DNA of 64,000 nt from Octopus vulgaris (lineage: Eukaryota). The stretch is from positions 130,882,001-130,946,000 of the forward strand of contig OX597818.1 of assembly GCA_951406725.2 (NCBI GenBank). The letters are read 5' to 3'. The number at the start of each line of letters is the position of its first letter. Position 1 is the first letter of the stretch. The translations under genes and the position numbers were made by a program. Of this stretch, positions 1-15,180 are shown piece after piece. A model generated the notes under the pieces. The model ran no database searches, was not told the origin of the DNA, and was given only the letters and a program-made list of their open reading frames with translations.

Positions 1-207
1 ATACCTTGCTGTGTTTAATCTGGTTCTTTACACTGTGCATTTGAATCCTGCCAAAGTGAACTTTGGCCTTTGTCATTCCAGAGACAAATAAAATAGAATA
101 CCAGTTAAGTACTGGGGTTGATGTAACTGATGAGCCCCTTCACTTCAAAACAGTTGGCAGTGTGCCTCATTTAGAAACAATTATCATTATTATTATTATT
201 ATTATTA

Positions 208-350
208 TTCATCGTTTAGTGTCCGCTTTCCATGCTGGCATGGGTTGGACGGTGCAACTGGGGTCTGAGAAGCCAGAAGGCTGCACCGGGCCCAGTCTGA
301 TCTGGCAATGTTTCTACAGCTGGGTGCCCTTCCTAACGCCAACCACTCCA
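208..350 (-). mobile_element. Repeat family C fragment (RTE-LINE 3'-tail-like, (GAT)n end)
   Basis: Reverse complement of GTGGTTGGCGTTAGGAAGGGCA..CAGCTGTAGAAAC...CCAACCCATGC..GCATGGAAAGCGGAC; matches >10 other copies in the window. Confidence 0.8.
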
Positions 351-431
351 TTATTATTATTATTGTTATCGTTATTGTTATTATTATTGTTATCGTTATT
401 ATTGTTGTTGTTATTATTATTATTATTATTA

Positions 432-474
<43 letters not shown>

Positions 475-619
475 TATTATTATTATAAGGTGATCTGGCA
501 GAATCGTTAGGGCACTGGGCAAAATGCTTAGTGGCATTTTGTCTGTCTTCATGTTCAGAGATCAAACTTTGCTGAGGTCAACTTTGCTTTTCATCCTTTT
601 GGGATCAATAAAACAAATA

Positions 620-985
620 ATTGTAGTTGTGGCCGATGCCAGTGCCACCTGACTGGCTCTCATGCTGGTGGCACACAATAAGCACCATTTATGCGTGGGT
701 CACTGCCAGTGCTGCCTGACTGGCTCCCCATGGCAGTGACACATAAAAAGCACCATCTGAATGTGGTCATTGCCAACCCCATCTACCTTGACTATCTTCT
801 GTGCCGGTGGCATGTAAAAAGCACCCACTACACTCTCTGAGTGGTTGGCTTTAGGAAGGGCATCCAGCTGTAGAAACATTGCCAAATCAGGTTGGAGCGT
901 AGTGCAACCTCCTGGCTTACCAGTCTCCAGTCAAGCCATCCAACCCATGCCAGCATGGAAGATGGACGTTAAACAATGATGATGA
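620..985 (+). mobile_element. Repeat family C with internal ~57-nt VNTR
   Basis: Repeated GTGGCAC..TAAAAAGCACCA units, then GCACCCACTACACTCT..TTAGGAAGGGCATCCAGCTGTAGAAAC, ending GGACGTTAAAC(A/G)ATGATGAT. Confidence 0.85.
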
Positions 986-1248
986 TCACACACACACATC
1001 CACATATATAACACACACATACACACATATATATATAATATATTATATTACAAATGGGGAAGGTCATAAAGGGCTTATCTTTATGGCGTATCATGAAATC
1101 CTGAGCTAACAGGTCTTGAGATCTGATGATATTCTATACAGTTAAACCTTTTATCCTATAAACCAGCCTTCCCTATTTTTAATATAACATATACTGCTCT
1201 ACATCTTTGAGTGTTCTTCTTCTTTTTGATTTAGGTTTTTTACAGACA

Positions 1249-1340
<92 letters not shown>

Positions 1341-1899
1341 AATAAGTTTATTTCAGAGTCTGTCTACTAAATCTACTCACAAGGCATTGGTCAGCTTGAG
1401 GCTACAATAGAAAGCATTTGTATATGGTGCCCCTCACTGGGATGGAACCCGGAACCAAATGGTTGGGAAACAAGCTTCTTTCTACACAGCCACACCTGTG
1501 CCTGAATAAATTTCACATTCATATTTCTATTTAAATTTTTGTTAGCTGTTTTTATAATTATAATACATTTTTGTATGGACTATTCTTACAATGTTAGTGC
1601 AAAACAAGAGATATTTACATATAAAAAAAAAATATGTATTAATTTTCTAGTACAAACTGTCAGCCAATCAGTATAGGACAATGTATTAAAAGGTCTTAAA
1701 TATACATTCATAAAATTTGTTCCATTTTCCAATAAGCATTTGAAGATCGGCAGCTTAGTGAAATGCTTTGTGACGTTTCAGCTTATAATAAATTACAAAC
1801 CACCCTAATTATAATAACGAACACTGTTTTTTTTTTTTCAATTGAATTCATATGAATCCATTTATCTCACTCTCGCACACACACACATACATGCACACA

Positions 1900-1961
<62 letters not shown>

Positions 1962-2094
1962 TACACATAAATGTACAAAGGCAGACACAAATGCACATAC
2001 AGTTACACAAATCAACAAATATATTGTTTTAAGTTCCTCCTCTTTTCCCCCTGTTACCTTTTGGACATTTGATGTCTAATCAATGTCATTTTAC

Positions 2095-3011
2095 TGAGGA
2101 GAGGGAGAGAGAGAAAGAGAGAGGAGGATGATGGGGAGTAAGTGTCTAAGTGTTTGTGTGGAAGTGAAGAGGAAGTGGAGAAAGTAATTGAAAGAAGGGA
2201 TGAGTGAGAAGAAGATGAAGAGAGAGAATAAGAAAGAAAGAAAGCAAAAGGAATGGTGAAGTAAAACAGTGAAAGACAAATCTAAAAAAAAGGTAGAGAG
2301 GAAGCAGAGAGGGAGAGCAAAAGTGAGAATGGTAAAATAAGGGAGATAGAGCGAGGGGGATGAAGAGTGAAAGAGAAAATGTTTGTGAAAGGAAGCTGTT
2401 ATAAAAACAGAGATAAAAGGAGTGAGAGAGGAATAAAAGATAAAGAGTCAAACATTGAGAGAAAATAAGAGAGAGAGAGAGAGCGAGAGAGTGCGAGAGA
2501 GAGAGAGTGAGAGTGTGTGTATGTGTGTGTGATGGAGAGAGAGAGAAAGAAAACAAGAGCCAAAAGAGTGGAAAAGAACAAGAAAAAGAGGAAAAAGAGT
2601 GATAAAGGCTGGTTGGTTGCGATAAAAGAAGAGAATGAGGAAAGAGAGAAAGAGTAAATATAGCAAAGAAAGGGAGAGAGAGGAGTAAAAGAAATTAAGA
2701 TAGAGTAAAATAGTGATACAGAGCAGGTGGGCATAAAATAAAAGCAAAAAATTAATGAAGGTAGAAAGTGAGAGAGAGAGAGAGTAAAGGGAAAAATTGA
2801 AATGGATTGTGAAAGTGAAAGTAAGAGAAAGAGCAAGAGAGAAAGAAGAGAAGAGAAAGTAAAGAAGTGAAAAAGAAAAAGAGAAAGAAATGAAAAAGAA
2901 GAAAAAAGTGAGAAGAGAAAGGGGAGATAAAACAAAGAGAAAAGAGAAGAGAAAAAGAGAGAAGAGAAAGAAAACCAGAAGAGAGAGAAAGGCAGTGACT
3001 GTAAGCAACTG

Positions 3012-3048
<37 letters not shown>

Positions 3049-3225
3049 AAGAAAGAGAGTGAGTTAAAGAACTAGGAAGAAAGAAAGAAAGACAGGGAAT
3101 CAAAAAGAAAGATTGAGAGAAATGGTGCATGAATGAATGGCCAAAAAAAGAAAAAAGAAAGGAAGACGAAAGAAAGAGACTAAGTAAAATAGAAAGAGAG
3201 AAAGTGAGTGAGTACAATAAAAAAA
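2095..3225. repeat. 1.1-kb purine-rich (A/G) low-complexity tract
   Basis: Plus strand almost entirely A/G with (GA)n runs; explains the F/L/S-rich minus-strand ORFs. Confidence 0.9.
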
Positions 3226-3417
3226 AATGTACTTCTAAGTACACAAGTGCAATAATGCAATAATAAAATGTAACAACCTAACTAACAGAATAAAAAGCTT
3301 GTTTAGTCAATTTGTCAATCAATTACTGTTATTTCAAAATGAGGCAACAATTTTACCTAATTTGCTATTTTGTTTTCTTTTTCTATAACTTATAAAAAAA
3401 TAATTCTATTTGTTTTA

Positions 3418-3461
<44 letters not shown>

Positions 3462-3463
<2 letters not shown>

Positions 3464-5470
3464 GGCAGTGAGCTGGCAGAATTGTTAGCATGGTGGGCAA
3501 AATGCATAGCAGTATTTTGCCTGTCACTTCATTTTTAGTTCAAATTCCGCTGAGGTCGACTTTACCTTTCATCCTTTCGGGGTCAATAAATCAAGTACCA
3601 GTTATGCACTAGTGTCGATGTAATCGACTGGTTCCCTCCCCAAATATTTCAGGTCTTGTGCCTACAGTAGAAAGGATTACAAATTCTGCTGAGGTTGACT
3701 TTGCCTTTCATCATTTCATGGTCAATGAAATAAGCACCAGTTATGCACTGGGGTCGATGTAATCAAGTAGCCCCCTCCCACTAAATTTCAGGCCTTGTGT
3801 AGAAGGGATTATTATTACTATAATTAAGTCAGCAAGCTGACAGAATAGTTAGCACGCCAGGCAAAATGCTTAGCAGCATTTTGTTCTGAGCTCAAATTCC
3901 ACCAAGGGTAACATCCTTTTGGGGTCATTGAAATAAGTAGCAGATAATTACTAGGGTGAATATAATCAACCAGTCCCCTCCCACAAATTTTCAGGCCTTG
4001 TGCCTTTAGTAGAAAGGATTATTATCATTATTACTAAGGTGGTGAGCTGGCAGAATAGTTAGCATGTTGGGCAAAATATTTTGTCCATTGCCATGTTTTT
4101 AGTTCAAATTCTGCCAAGGGCAACTTTGTCTTTCATCCTTTCGGGGTTGATAAATTAAGTACCAGTGAAACACTGGGGTTGATATATATTTCTTTACTAC
4201 CCACAAGGGGCTAAACATAGAGGGGACAAACAAGGACAGACAAACAGATTAAGTCGATTACATCGACCCCAGTGGGTAACTGGTACTTAATTTATCGACC
4301 CCGAAAGGATGAAAGGCAAAGTTGACCTTGGCAGAATTTGAACTCACAATGTAACAGCAGTCGAAATACCACTAAGCATTTCGCCCGGCGCGCTAACGTT
4401 TCTGCCAGCTGGGGTTGATATAATTGACTTACCTCCTCCCTTGACATTACTGGCTTTGTGCCAAAATTTGAAACCAATATTATTATTATTATTATTAGGG
4501 CAGAAAGTGCTAAGCGGAATTTCTTTTGGCTCTTTTGTGTTCTGAGTTCAGATTCTGTTACGGTCAACTTTGCCTTTCATTCCTTTGGGGGGGTCGATAA
4601 AATAAGTACCAGTTGAACACAGTGAAGTTGACATAATCAACTAGCCCCTGGCCACAAAACTGTGCCTAAAGCAGAAAGGATAGTTATTACAAAGGTGGAA
4701 AGCTGGCAAAAATGCTAACATGCCAGACAATGTAATTAGCACCATTTTGTCTGTCTTTATGTTCTGAGTTCAAATTCTGCTGGGGTTGACCTTGTCTTTC
4801 ATCCTTTTGGGGTGGTTAAGATAAGTACCAATCAAATACTGGGGTCAATGTAGTCAACTCTCCCTTTCCCTAAATAACTGCTGGCCCACAGCCAAAATTT
4901 GAAATCATCATCATCATCACCATTAAGGTGCTGAGCTGGCAGGAAGTATTTTAAGCACACTAAGTAAAATATTTAGCGGCATTTTGACATTTGGCACATT
5001 CTGAGCTCAAATATAGCTGGGGTCGACATTACATTTTATCCTCCTGGAGTTAATAAAATAAATACCAGTTAAACACTGGAGTCGATGTAATCGACTAACC
5101 CCCTCACCTCAAATTTCAGGTGTTGTGCCTATAGTAGAGAGTATCATCATCATCATTATCATTATTATAAAGGCGGTGAGCTGGCAGAATTCCTTTGTGG
5201 TTCTGTGTTTTCCCACCACCACCACCACTAGCACCATTTGGCAATCAATACTAATGTGTTTATGTCCTCATGATTTAGTGGTTCAGTAAAAAAGATTGAT
5301 AAAATAAGTACTAGGCTTCCAACGTTCTGAGTTCAAATTGTGCCAAGGTTGACTTTATCTTTCATCCTTTTGGAGTCGATAAATTAAGTACCAGTTGAGT
5401 ACTGGGGTCGATGTAATTGACTATCCCCCTCCCCTAAGTTTCAGGCCTTGCACCTATAATAGAAAGGATT
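3462..5470 (+). mobile_element. Head-to-tail stack of ~8-9 SINE family A copies (tRNA-like head, (ATT)n tail)
   Basis: Recurrent AAGG(C/T)GGTGAGCTGGCAGAA (A-box-like), GAGTTCAAATTC (B-box-like), CTTTCATCCTTTCGGGGTCGATAAA..AAGTACCAG core and GTAGAAAGGATTATT tail starting near 3462, 3681, 3825, 4036, 4500, 4692, 4925, 5170. Confidence 0.88.
4187..4410 (-). mobile_element. SINE A ((TA)-tail subfamily) nested in another SINE A, 14-bp TSD
   Basis: Direct repeat CTGGGGTTGATATA at 4173-4186 and 4409-4422 flanks an inverted SINE A copy. Confidence 0.88.
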
Positions 5471-5471
5471 A

Positions 5472-5509
<38 letters not shown>

Positions 5510-5579
5510 TAGCAGAAATTATTATGGTAGATATAATCATCATCCTCATCATGTTTTTAATGTCCACTTTCCCATAGAT

Positions 5580-5822
5580 ACTTTTATTGTTCTCCTTGTT
5601 TCAGTCATTTGATTGCAGCCATGCTGGAGCACAACCTTCAAGGGTTTCAGTCGAAGAAATCAACTCCAGGATTTGTTCTTTGGAAGCCTAGTACTTATTT
5701 TATCAATCTTTTTTACTGAACCACTAAATCACGAGGACATAAACACATTAGTATTGATTGCCAAATGGTGTTAGTGGTGGTGGTGGTGGGAAAACACATA
5801 CATACATACATACATACATAAA

Positions 5823-5890
<68 letters not shown>

Positions 5891-6064
5891 GCATAAAGTG
5901 TGTGAAGTGGTGTACAGATATTGTGTATTGGTATATATATCATTTTGGCTTTAATTTTTGTCTTGAAGAGTTCAGTTAATGAATGAAAGCAGTAATAAAG
6001 AATTATCCAAAATTCTGACTGCCTTCTTTTTCTCAATACACACACAAACACACACATATATATG

Positions 6065-6108
<44 letters not shown>

Positions 6109-6270
6109 CATACAATGTGCTTTTTTCAGTTTCCTTCTACCAAATCCACTCAGAAGCCATTGGTCAGTCCAAGGCTATAGTAAAAGACACTTGCCCAAGC
6201 TGCCACACTGTGGGACTGAACCCAGAACCATGTGGTTGAGAAGCAAGCTTTTTACCACAGTATACCTGCA
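5580..6270 (-). mobile_element. SINE family B, degenerate, with expanded internal microsatellite
   Basis: 3' half (CTTGTTTCAGTCATTTGA..CCATGCTGGAGCAC) at 5580-5797; 5' half (GACACTTGCCCAAG..GGGACTGAACCC) at 6115-6270. Confidence 0.75.
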
Positions 6271-8478
6271 CATAGACCAGGCAGAATTTGTTGTTTCTGA
6301 GCAAGACAATGTTTCTGCATTGACAGACAAGGGTGAGAAACAAATGATGCTGGTTGTACGATGTTAGTAATTATTTACAAAAATCACATAATGACAAGGA
6401 CATGGAGGACTCACACACACACACTTTCTATTTCCATCTACCAAATCCAATGAGACTATAGTAGAAGACACTTGCCTAATATGCTATGCAGTGGGAATGA
6501 ACCCAAAATCGCTTGGTTTGAAAGAGAGCCTTTTTACCACACAGCTGGAATTATGTCTATATCATCGTTATGATTATTATTATGTTGTTGTTTGTTTTTG
6601 ATATTGTTTCATACAGGGAAAGAAGAGGAAAATGAGAATCCAAATTTAAAAGGAGACAAAAAAAATATTTAAAATAAAATAAATAAAATAAATAAAATAA
6701 AATAAATAATGAAATAAAATAAACTAGCAAGCACCACTATTTATAATAATATCATATTATACATGCATAATTATACATGCATACACACACTCTGCATATG
6801 TGTGTGGGCATAAATGCGTATGTATGTATATATATATAAATATGTACATACATATACATATATACACATACATATATATATATATGTATATATATATACT
6901 AATATATATATATATATATATGAAAATATATATACGTACATATATATACATATATATACATATATATATATATATACATACATATATATACATATATACA
7001 TATATATACATATATATACATATACATACATATACATATATATATATCTGTATATATATACATATATATATTATCAGCATCACGCAGACATATGTACATA
7101 TACATATACACACACATACACGTATATGATATGTGCATACATACATACATACATACATATATGCATTTACATACATAAATAGAATTCACACATATATACA
7201 TGCATCCAAAAAAACCCTACTGAAAATTTAAATTGCATTCAATGATGTGATGCTGGACTTAGTATTGTTCTTATTGTTGGGCAGTGGTAACAGTTGGAAG
7301 TAGTACATTCATTGCTGCTGCTGTTGTTGTTGTTGTTGTTTCTGGTGATTGCAGTCACAGTGACGGTGATGGTGGACGTGGCATCACAAGATATCATAAT
7401 CTTAAAAAATTCCCATTAATTAGATAAATATATAAGAACAGTATTTCTAACAACAACAACAACAGCAACAACAACAACAACAATAACAACGACGGCTATA
7501 ACGGCAACAACAACAACATCATCATCATCAATGAACATCATCAGTATTACTGTTTGGCCTACAACAATAACAAAATGCAAGCAGAGTTAACTTATTCTAT
7601 GGAAATCACTTCTGCTTTATTTTATTTGGTATAATAGCCAGTAAGTCATTTTGCTTTAACAAAGTGGTGAGGGTGGTGGGAAGAGATGACAGGAGGAGGT
7701 AGGTGTAGAGAGTAGAATTGTTAATGGTTGCAGTGTTGATAGTAATGGTGGTGGTGCTAGTGTTGCTTTTATTGTTGTTGTTTTTGTTGTTGGTGTTGTG
7801 GTGGTGTTGGTGTTGGTGGTGGTGGTGGAGTGTTGTTGTAGTACAAGATATACTCATTGCTCATATTTTGATAAGGCACATAATTAAACTGGATTCTAAT
7901 GGCAACAACAACAACAACAACAACAACTAGAAAATGCCTCCCACATTTACACATATAGAGAAAGACACAAAATCATTAAAAAATAACACACCAAAAAAAC
8001 CCCAAAGATATAACATAAAAAAATGAAGAGAGAGAGAGAGAGAGAGAGAGAATAAATAAACAATAGGAATCTAAGTGAAAATGCAAAAAATTAAAAAATA
8101 GAAAAAAAAAACAGAAGAAAATGCAAAAAAAAAAAAATCACCTGCCAAAATAAAAAAAACATAATAAAGCAAACAAATGCAAAACAAAAACTTAAAAAAA
8201 AAAAGACAAATATCCAAAGGAAAAGTAAAAAGAAAAAATAAGGCAAAAATGAAAGAGTAAGGAATATAGAAGTAAAAAGTAAAGAATTAAAAGTAATAAA
8301 TCTTGTTTTCTTGTCATTAAAATCTACCTTCTTTATTTCTCCCTTCACAGCCAGCTCCCCATTTCTGATATCAGTGGTCTTGAAATAACGATAAATAATT
8401 GTGGCTACATTTGCCTTTGTCAATAATGAAACAAAAGTATTGAAATATTTATAAAATAAATATAGGAAACAAAATGAT

Positions 8479-8566
<88 letters not shown>

Positions 8567-8594
8567 ATTATTAATTATATATATATATATATTA

Positions 8595-8625
<31 letters not shown>

Positions 8626-9125
8626 ATATATATATATAGTATATATATATATATATAAGAGAGTGAGATAGATAAATAAATAAATAAATAAACTAAGCAA
8701 AGATAGGAAATCATTAAAAGTGTAGGAGGAGGAGGAGGATGAGGAGCAGAAGGTGGAAGAAGTAAAAAAAAAAAAGTAAATGGTAAAGTTTTTTAAAAAA
8801 ATCACAGAAGCTAAAAAATTTTAAATAATGCAAAAGCAAGAAAGACTAGACATAGTTTTAGTATTGGTTCGACTAATGTTCTAACAGGGTGGAGAGGGGA
8901 CGATTGGTGGAGCATATTTTTATGTACTTTTATTTATTTATTTATTTATTTGGTGATCAGAGTTGAGCAGAGAGAACAAGTATATGAAATTAGTTTATCC
9001 TGATAATATTGACCTACAGGATGAGGAATAATGGTGTCAGTTGTGTGTGGAAGGAGAAGATAAAAAATTTTATATCTGAATCCAACCACATAAAATATCC
9101 CTGGAAGATGATAATGATAATAATA

Positions 9126-9181
<56 letters not shown>

Positions 9182-9357
9182 CTTAAAAAAAAAAAAAATG
9201 AACGAACTACTGAGTTTGGTTTAATGGCCTACCAATGTATACTATGAGTTTCTTTGCCCTAGGAGTCGGGAAGACACTCGGCAAGAAATGGAAGCAAATT
9301 TGAAAGAAGAAAAAAAAAGTAATAATAATAATAATGATGATGATGATGATGGTGATA

Positions 9358-9563
9358 ATCCTTTCTACTAAAGGCACAGGGCCTGAAATTTTGTGGGAGG
9401 GGACTAGAAGATTACATTGAACCCAGTGTTTCACAGGTACTTAATTTATCGACCCTGAAAGGATGAAAGGCAAAGTCAGTCTCAGCAGAATTGAAACCCA
9501 GAATGTAAGGATGAATGAAATACTGCTAACCATTTTGCCCAGCATGCTAATGATTCTGCCAGT
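9358..9563 (-). mobile_element. SINE A
   Basis: Reverse complement of the SINE A core and head, embedded in (AAT)n. Confidence 0.85.
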
Positions 9564-9577
9564 GAATAGTCTTAATA

Positions 9578-9636
<59 letters not shown>

Positions 9637-9769
9637 CAATAGATCATCAAGAAAATAAATGCTTTCTAATAATGATAATAATAATGATAATAATAATGTT
9701 AATAATGATGATGATGATGATGAGTTAAAATTTTGCCAAAAGGCCAGCAAATTAGAGGTGGAATGAGTC

Positions 9770-10040
9770 GATTAAAAACAAACAATTCCTCTCATAGTAG
9801 GCGCATTAGGTATGATAAAAAATATTCAGACAAATACATGACAAAAACACGAGGATTAACAAGTATGTATAACATACAGAAAATAACACTATTAGGACCT
9901 GCACACATACTATGTAAAACACTTTCAATACAGTAAAAATAAGAGCACCATAAAATAACCACAGCACATACTCAAGGCATACAGAACTGCACTCTGTAGT
10001 ACAGTTAAAGCACATGATAAAAATAAAACTACTGAATAAT
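9770..10040 (-). other. No minus-strand element here; see plus-strand R4/Dong entry for the same span
   Basis: Minus-strand ORF 9806..10123 is the antisense of the LINE fragment plus microsatellite. Confidence 0.1.
9770..10040 (+). mobile_element. R4/Dong-clade non-LTR retrotransposon 3' end (second subfamily)
   Basis: Frameshifted reading TIPLIVGALGMI / KYSDKYMTKTRGLTSMYNIQKITLLGPAHILCKTLSIQ*, homologous to the C-terminus at 11990-12152; ends in (AAT)n. Confidence 0.8.
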
Positions 10041-10056
10041 AATAATGATGAATAAT

Positions 10057-10091
<35 letters not shown>

Positions 10092-10102
10092 AATAATAAT
10101 AA

Positions 10103-10382
10103 TCTTTTCTTTAGGAAACACAAGGCTTCAAATTTGATGGAAGCGGACTAGTCAATTATATCGACCCCCAATGTTTCACTGGTACTGAATTTATCGACCC
10201 TGAAAGGATGAAAGGCAAAGTCGACCTCAGAAGAATTTGAACTCAGACCACAATGGCAGATGAAATACCATTAAAAAAGATTTTGCCTGGCATGCTGGCA
10301 ATTCTGCCAGCTCACCACCATAATAATGATAATAATAATAATAACAATAATGATGATGATGATAATAATAATAATGATGATG

Positions 10383-10445
<63 letters not shown>

Positions 10446-10562
10446 GCAACAACAACAACAATAATAATAATAACAATAAAGATGATGATGATAATAATAA
10501 TAATAATAATAATAATAGCAACAACAACAACAATAATAATAATAACAATAAAGATGATGATG

Positions 10563-10593
<31 letters not shown>

Positions 10594-10837
10594 TGATAAT
10601 GATAATAATAATAATAATAATCTTTTCTTTAGGAAGCACAAGGCTTCAAATTTGATGGAAGCGGACTAGTCAATTATATCGACCCCCAATGTTTCACTGG
10701 TACTTGATTTATTGATTCCCCCAAAAAGATGAAAGGCAAAGTCAAGCTTGATGGAATTTGAACTCAGAATGTAAAGACAGACAAAATGCTGCTAAGTATT
10801 TTGCACGACTTGCTACAGATTCTGCCAGCTTGCCACC

Positions 10838-10894
<57 letters not shown>

Positions 10895-11152
10895 GTAATA
10901 ATAGTAATAATCATCATCATCATCATGACGATGACGACAGTGCTAATTCTTTTTGACATGTCTGAAATTTTGGGAAAGGTTCTAGTCAATTTCAGTGAGC
11001 CTAGTGATAAGCTGGTACTTTATCTTATTGACCCTCAAAACAATAAAAGACTAAGCAAGTCTCAGAAGAATTTGAACTCTGAATGTGAAGAGCCAAAAGA
11101 AATAAGGCAATGTATTTTGTCTGGCATGGTAACATTTTGCCAGCTCACCATC
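10103..11152 (-). mobile_element. Three SINE A copies (10103-10320, 10621-10840, 10950-11152) separated by (AAT/GAT)n tracts
   Basis: Each has ..GATGAAAGGCAAAGTC-like core, GAATTTGAACTC and CTGCCAGCT(C/T)(A/G)CCA on the plus strand (reverse-complement SINE A); third copy is more degenerate. Confidence 0.82.
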
Positions 11153-11180
11153 TTTTATAACAATAATAATAATAATAATA

Positions 11181-12422
<1,242 letters not shown>

Positions 12423-12431
12423 TAATAATAA

Positions 12432-12462
<31 letters not shown>

Positions 12463-12609
12463 AATATTACTACCCATGTATTTTAATTTAACTTTATTTC
12501 TATCAAAAAAAAAAAATGAATGAACTAGTGAGTTTAGTTTAATGGCCTACCAATGTATACTATGAGTTTCTTTGTTTCAGGAAATGGAAGCAAATTTGAA
12601 AGAAGAAGA

Positions 12610-12657
<48 letters not shown>

Positions 12658-12691
12658 GATGATGATAATGATGACGATGATTGTGATGATG

Positions 12692-12742
<51 letters not shown>

Positions 12743-13218
12743 TAATAATAACAATAATGATTATTTTATTTTTTTGACCCCCACCAAAAGACATCAAAGT
12801 TGGCCCTGGTGGGATTTGAACTCAGAACATGAAGATGAATGAAATGCAGCTGAGCATTTTGCCCAGTGTGCCAGCGATTCTGCTAGCTTACCACCTTACT
12901 GCCTTTTGTAGTAATAATAATGTTTTTTTTACTGAGGCTACCATCATGGCTGGACCCCTTTTCACAGATGATTGGAAACAGATGGCATCATTTGTATGGG
13001 GGTCAAGCTCATTTAGAACTTACACATAACATCAAGGAAAGGAGATACACACACCCCCCACACTCACATGGGCTTCTGTACTAACTTTGGTCAAATGAGG
13101 GCTATAATAGAAGAAACTAACTGGGCAGTGGGACTGAACCTTATACCATCAAGTTATGAACTAAACTTCTGAACCATACAGTTATGCCTGTGCCTCAACT
13201 GTAGGAAAATCTAGAGAT

Positions 13219-13374
13219 GTGCAGGAGTGGCTGTGTGGTAAGTAGCTTGTTTACCAACCACATGGTTCCGGGTTCAGTCCCACTGCATGGCACCTTGGGC
13301 AAGTGTCTTCTACTATAGCCTCGGGCCGACCAAAGCCTTGTGAGTGGATTTGGTAGACGGAAACTGAAAGAAGC

Positions 13375-13417
<43 letters not shown>

Positions 13418-13644
13418 GTGTGTGCGTGTATGTTTGTGTGTATGTGTTTGTCCCCCTAGCATTGCTTGACAACCGATGCTGGTGTGTTTATGTCCCCGTC
13501 ACTTAGCGGTTCGGCAAAAAGAGACCGATAGAATAAGTACTGGGCTCACAAAGAATAAGTCCCGGGGTCGAGTTGCTCAACTAAAGGCGGTGCTCCAGCA
13601 TGGCCGCAGTCAAATGACTGAGACAAGTAAAAGAGTAAAAGAGT
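13219..13644 (+). mobile_element. SINE family B, full length
   Basis: GCAGGAGTGGCTGTGTGGTAAG (A box), GGTTCAGTCCC (B-box-like), CORE-like GCACCTTGGGCAAGTGTCTT, internal (TA)(TG) tract, tail GAGTAAAAGAG. Confidence 0.92.
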
Positions 13645-14784
13645 ATGTGTTCCAGTTGTATGGATACTTTGGAAAGGAAAAGATTTGATTTTTGCTTTCA
13701 AAATATGTTGTTGATGTTGTAGTTGTTTCACCCTTTTTTGCTTAACTATCACAACCATACAAAATACCTATGACTAAAGGCATTCCAGTTTTAATTATCC
13801 TTGCTTTTTGTATGTCTAGGACTACATTATCAATGCGTCCTTCTTGTATTTGGACCATAAAATGGGATTTCAGGAAATTTAACTGTTATTTCTAAACATA
13901 CCAATGACCTTGTTGAGACTCTCTCATTAGCTTGTACTCTTCAAAATGAATTACTTTTTAATTTTGCTTCTCCATGCTCTGAGCAAGTACATATTTCATC
14001 AGAAATAGTGAAAATTTGAGTGAAGTTCATATTTTAGTAATTTTTCTGGTGTAACTTCTTTCTATTTTGTCTACTCAGAGCAAAATAAACAAATAAATAA
14101 AACAAATATAAACAAGGCATTTTTGAGGGAAAATTCTTGTTTACTAAATAACTAACCTTAAATTGAAACTCAAGAGTATAGTATAAAAGCTTTGAGCGAG
14201 TGGTTTTTGCTGAATAGATTTCCGGCCCTAAATTGAAACATAAGCGTACAACAATTTGCTTCAAGGAACAGGTAATTATTTAGTGAATTCACACCATTAA
14301 TAATATATTAAACACACACACAGACTGTTTCTCCCATTCACAAACTCATTATCACTTTCTCAGACATGCACACACTACTTATCTACCACGTACACACTAT
14401 TTTTTCTCATCTATTCACAAATTCAAACACATACATGAACAGTCATTATATCTCTCAGATACACATAAAGTCACTAGTTCTCTCTCTCTCATATACAAAT
14501 CAACCATTCAGTAAATTTTATTGCATAGCCTCTAGAATCACTTACATTAGTCAATGCACTTTGGTACAAATTGATGATTTTTTTCATATCTATTTTACTA
14601 ATTGTTATTTTAATTTTTATTTTAGGTGGTACTTTCTCTCATAGCACTTACTACTGTTCAATCTTTCAGTTTTTGATTTGTATATAGTTTAGTCCTCTAC
14701 AAACATGTTTATTTATTTATTCAAGTAGAATGTTAAATTATTTACTAAAATTGCCTAATATAGATATTTTTCTTTTTCTTATTT

Positions 14785-15180
14785 TTCTTTTTACTTGTTT
14801 CAGTCATTTTGACTGCGGCCATGCTGGTGCACTGCCTTTAATCGAGCAACTCGGGACTTATTCTTGTAAGCCCAGTACTTATTCTATCGGTCTCTTTTCC
14901 CGAACCGCTAAGTGACGGGGACATAAATACACCAGCATCGGTTGTCAAGCAATGCTAGGGGGACAAACACAGACACACAAAGATACACGCACATACATAT
15001 ATATATACATATATATATGATGGGCTTCTTTCAGTTTCCATCTACCAAATCCACTCACAAGGCTTTGGTCAGCCCGAGGCTATAGTAGAAGACACTTGCC
15101 CAAGGTGCCACGCAGTGGGACTGAACCCGGAACCATGTGGTTGGTAAACAAGCTACTTACCACACAGCCACTCCTGCGCC
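14785..15180 (-). mobile_element. SINE B, full length
   Basis: Reverse complement of 13219-13644. Confidence 0.92.

Noticed and set aside
1115-1175. CTGATGA at ~1123 as a hammerhead
   Set aside because: No GAAA or helix II partner found
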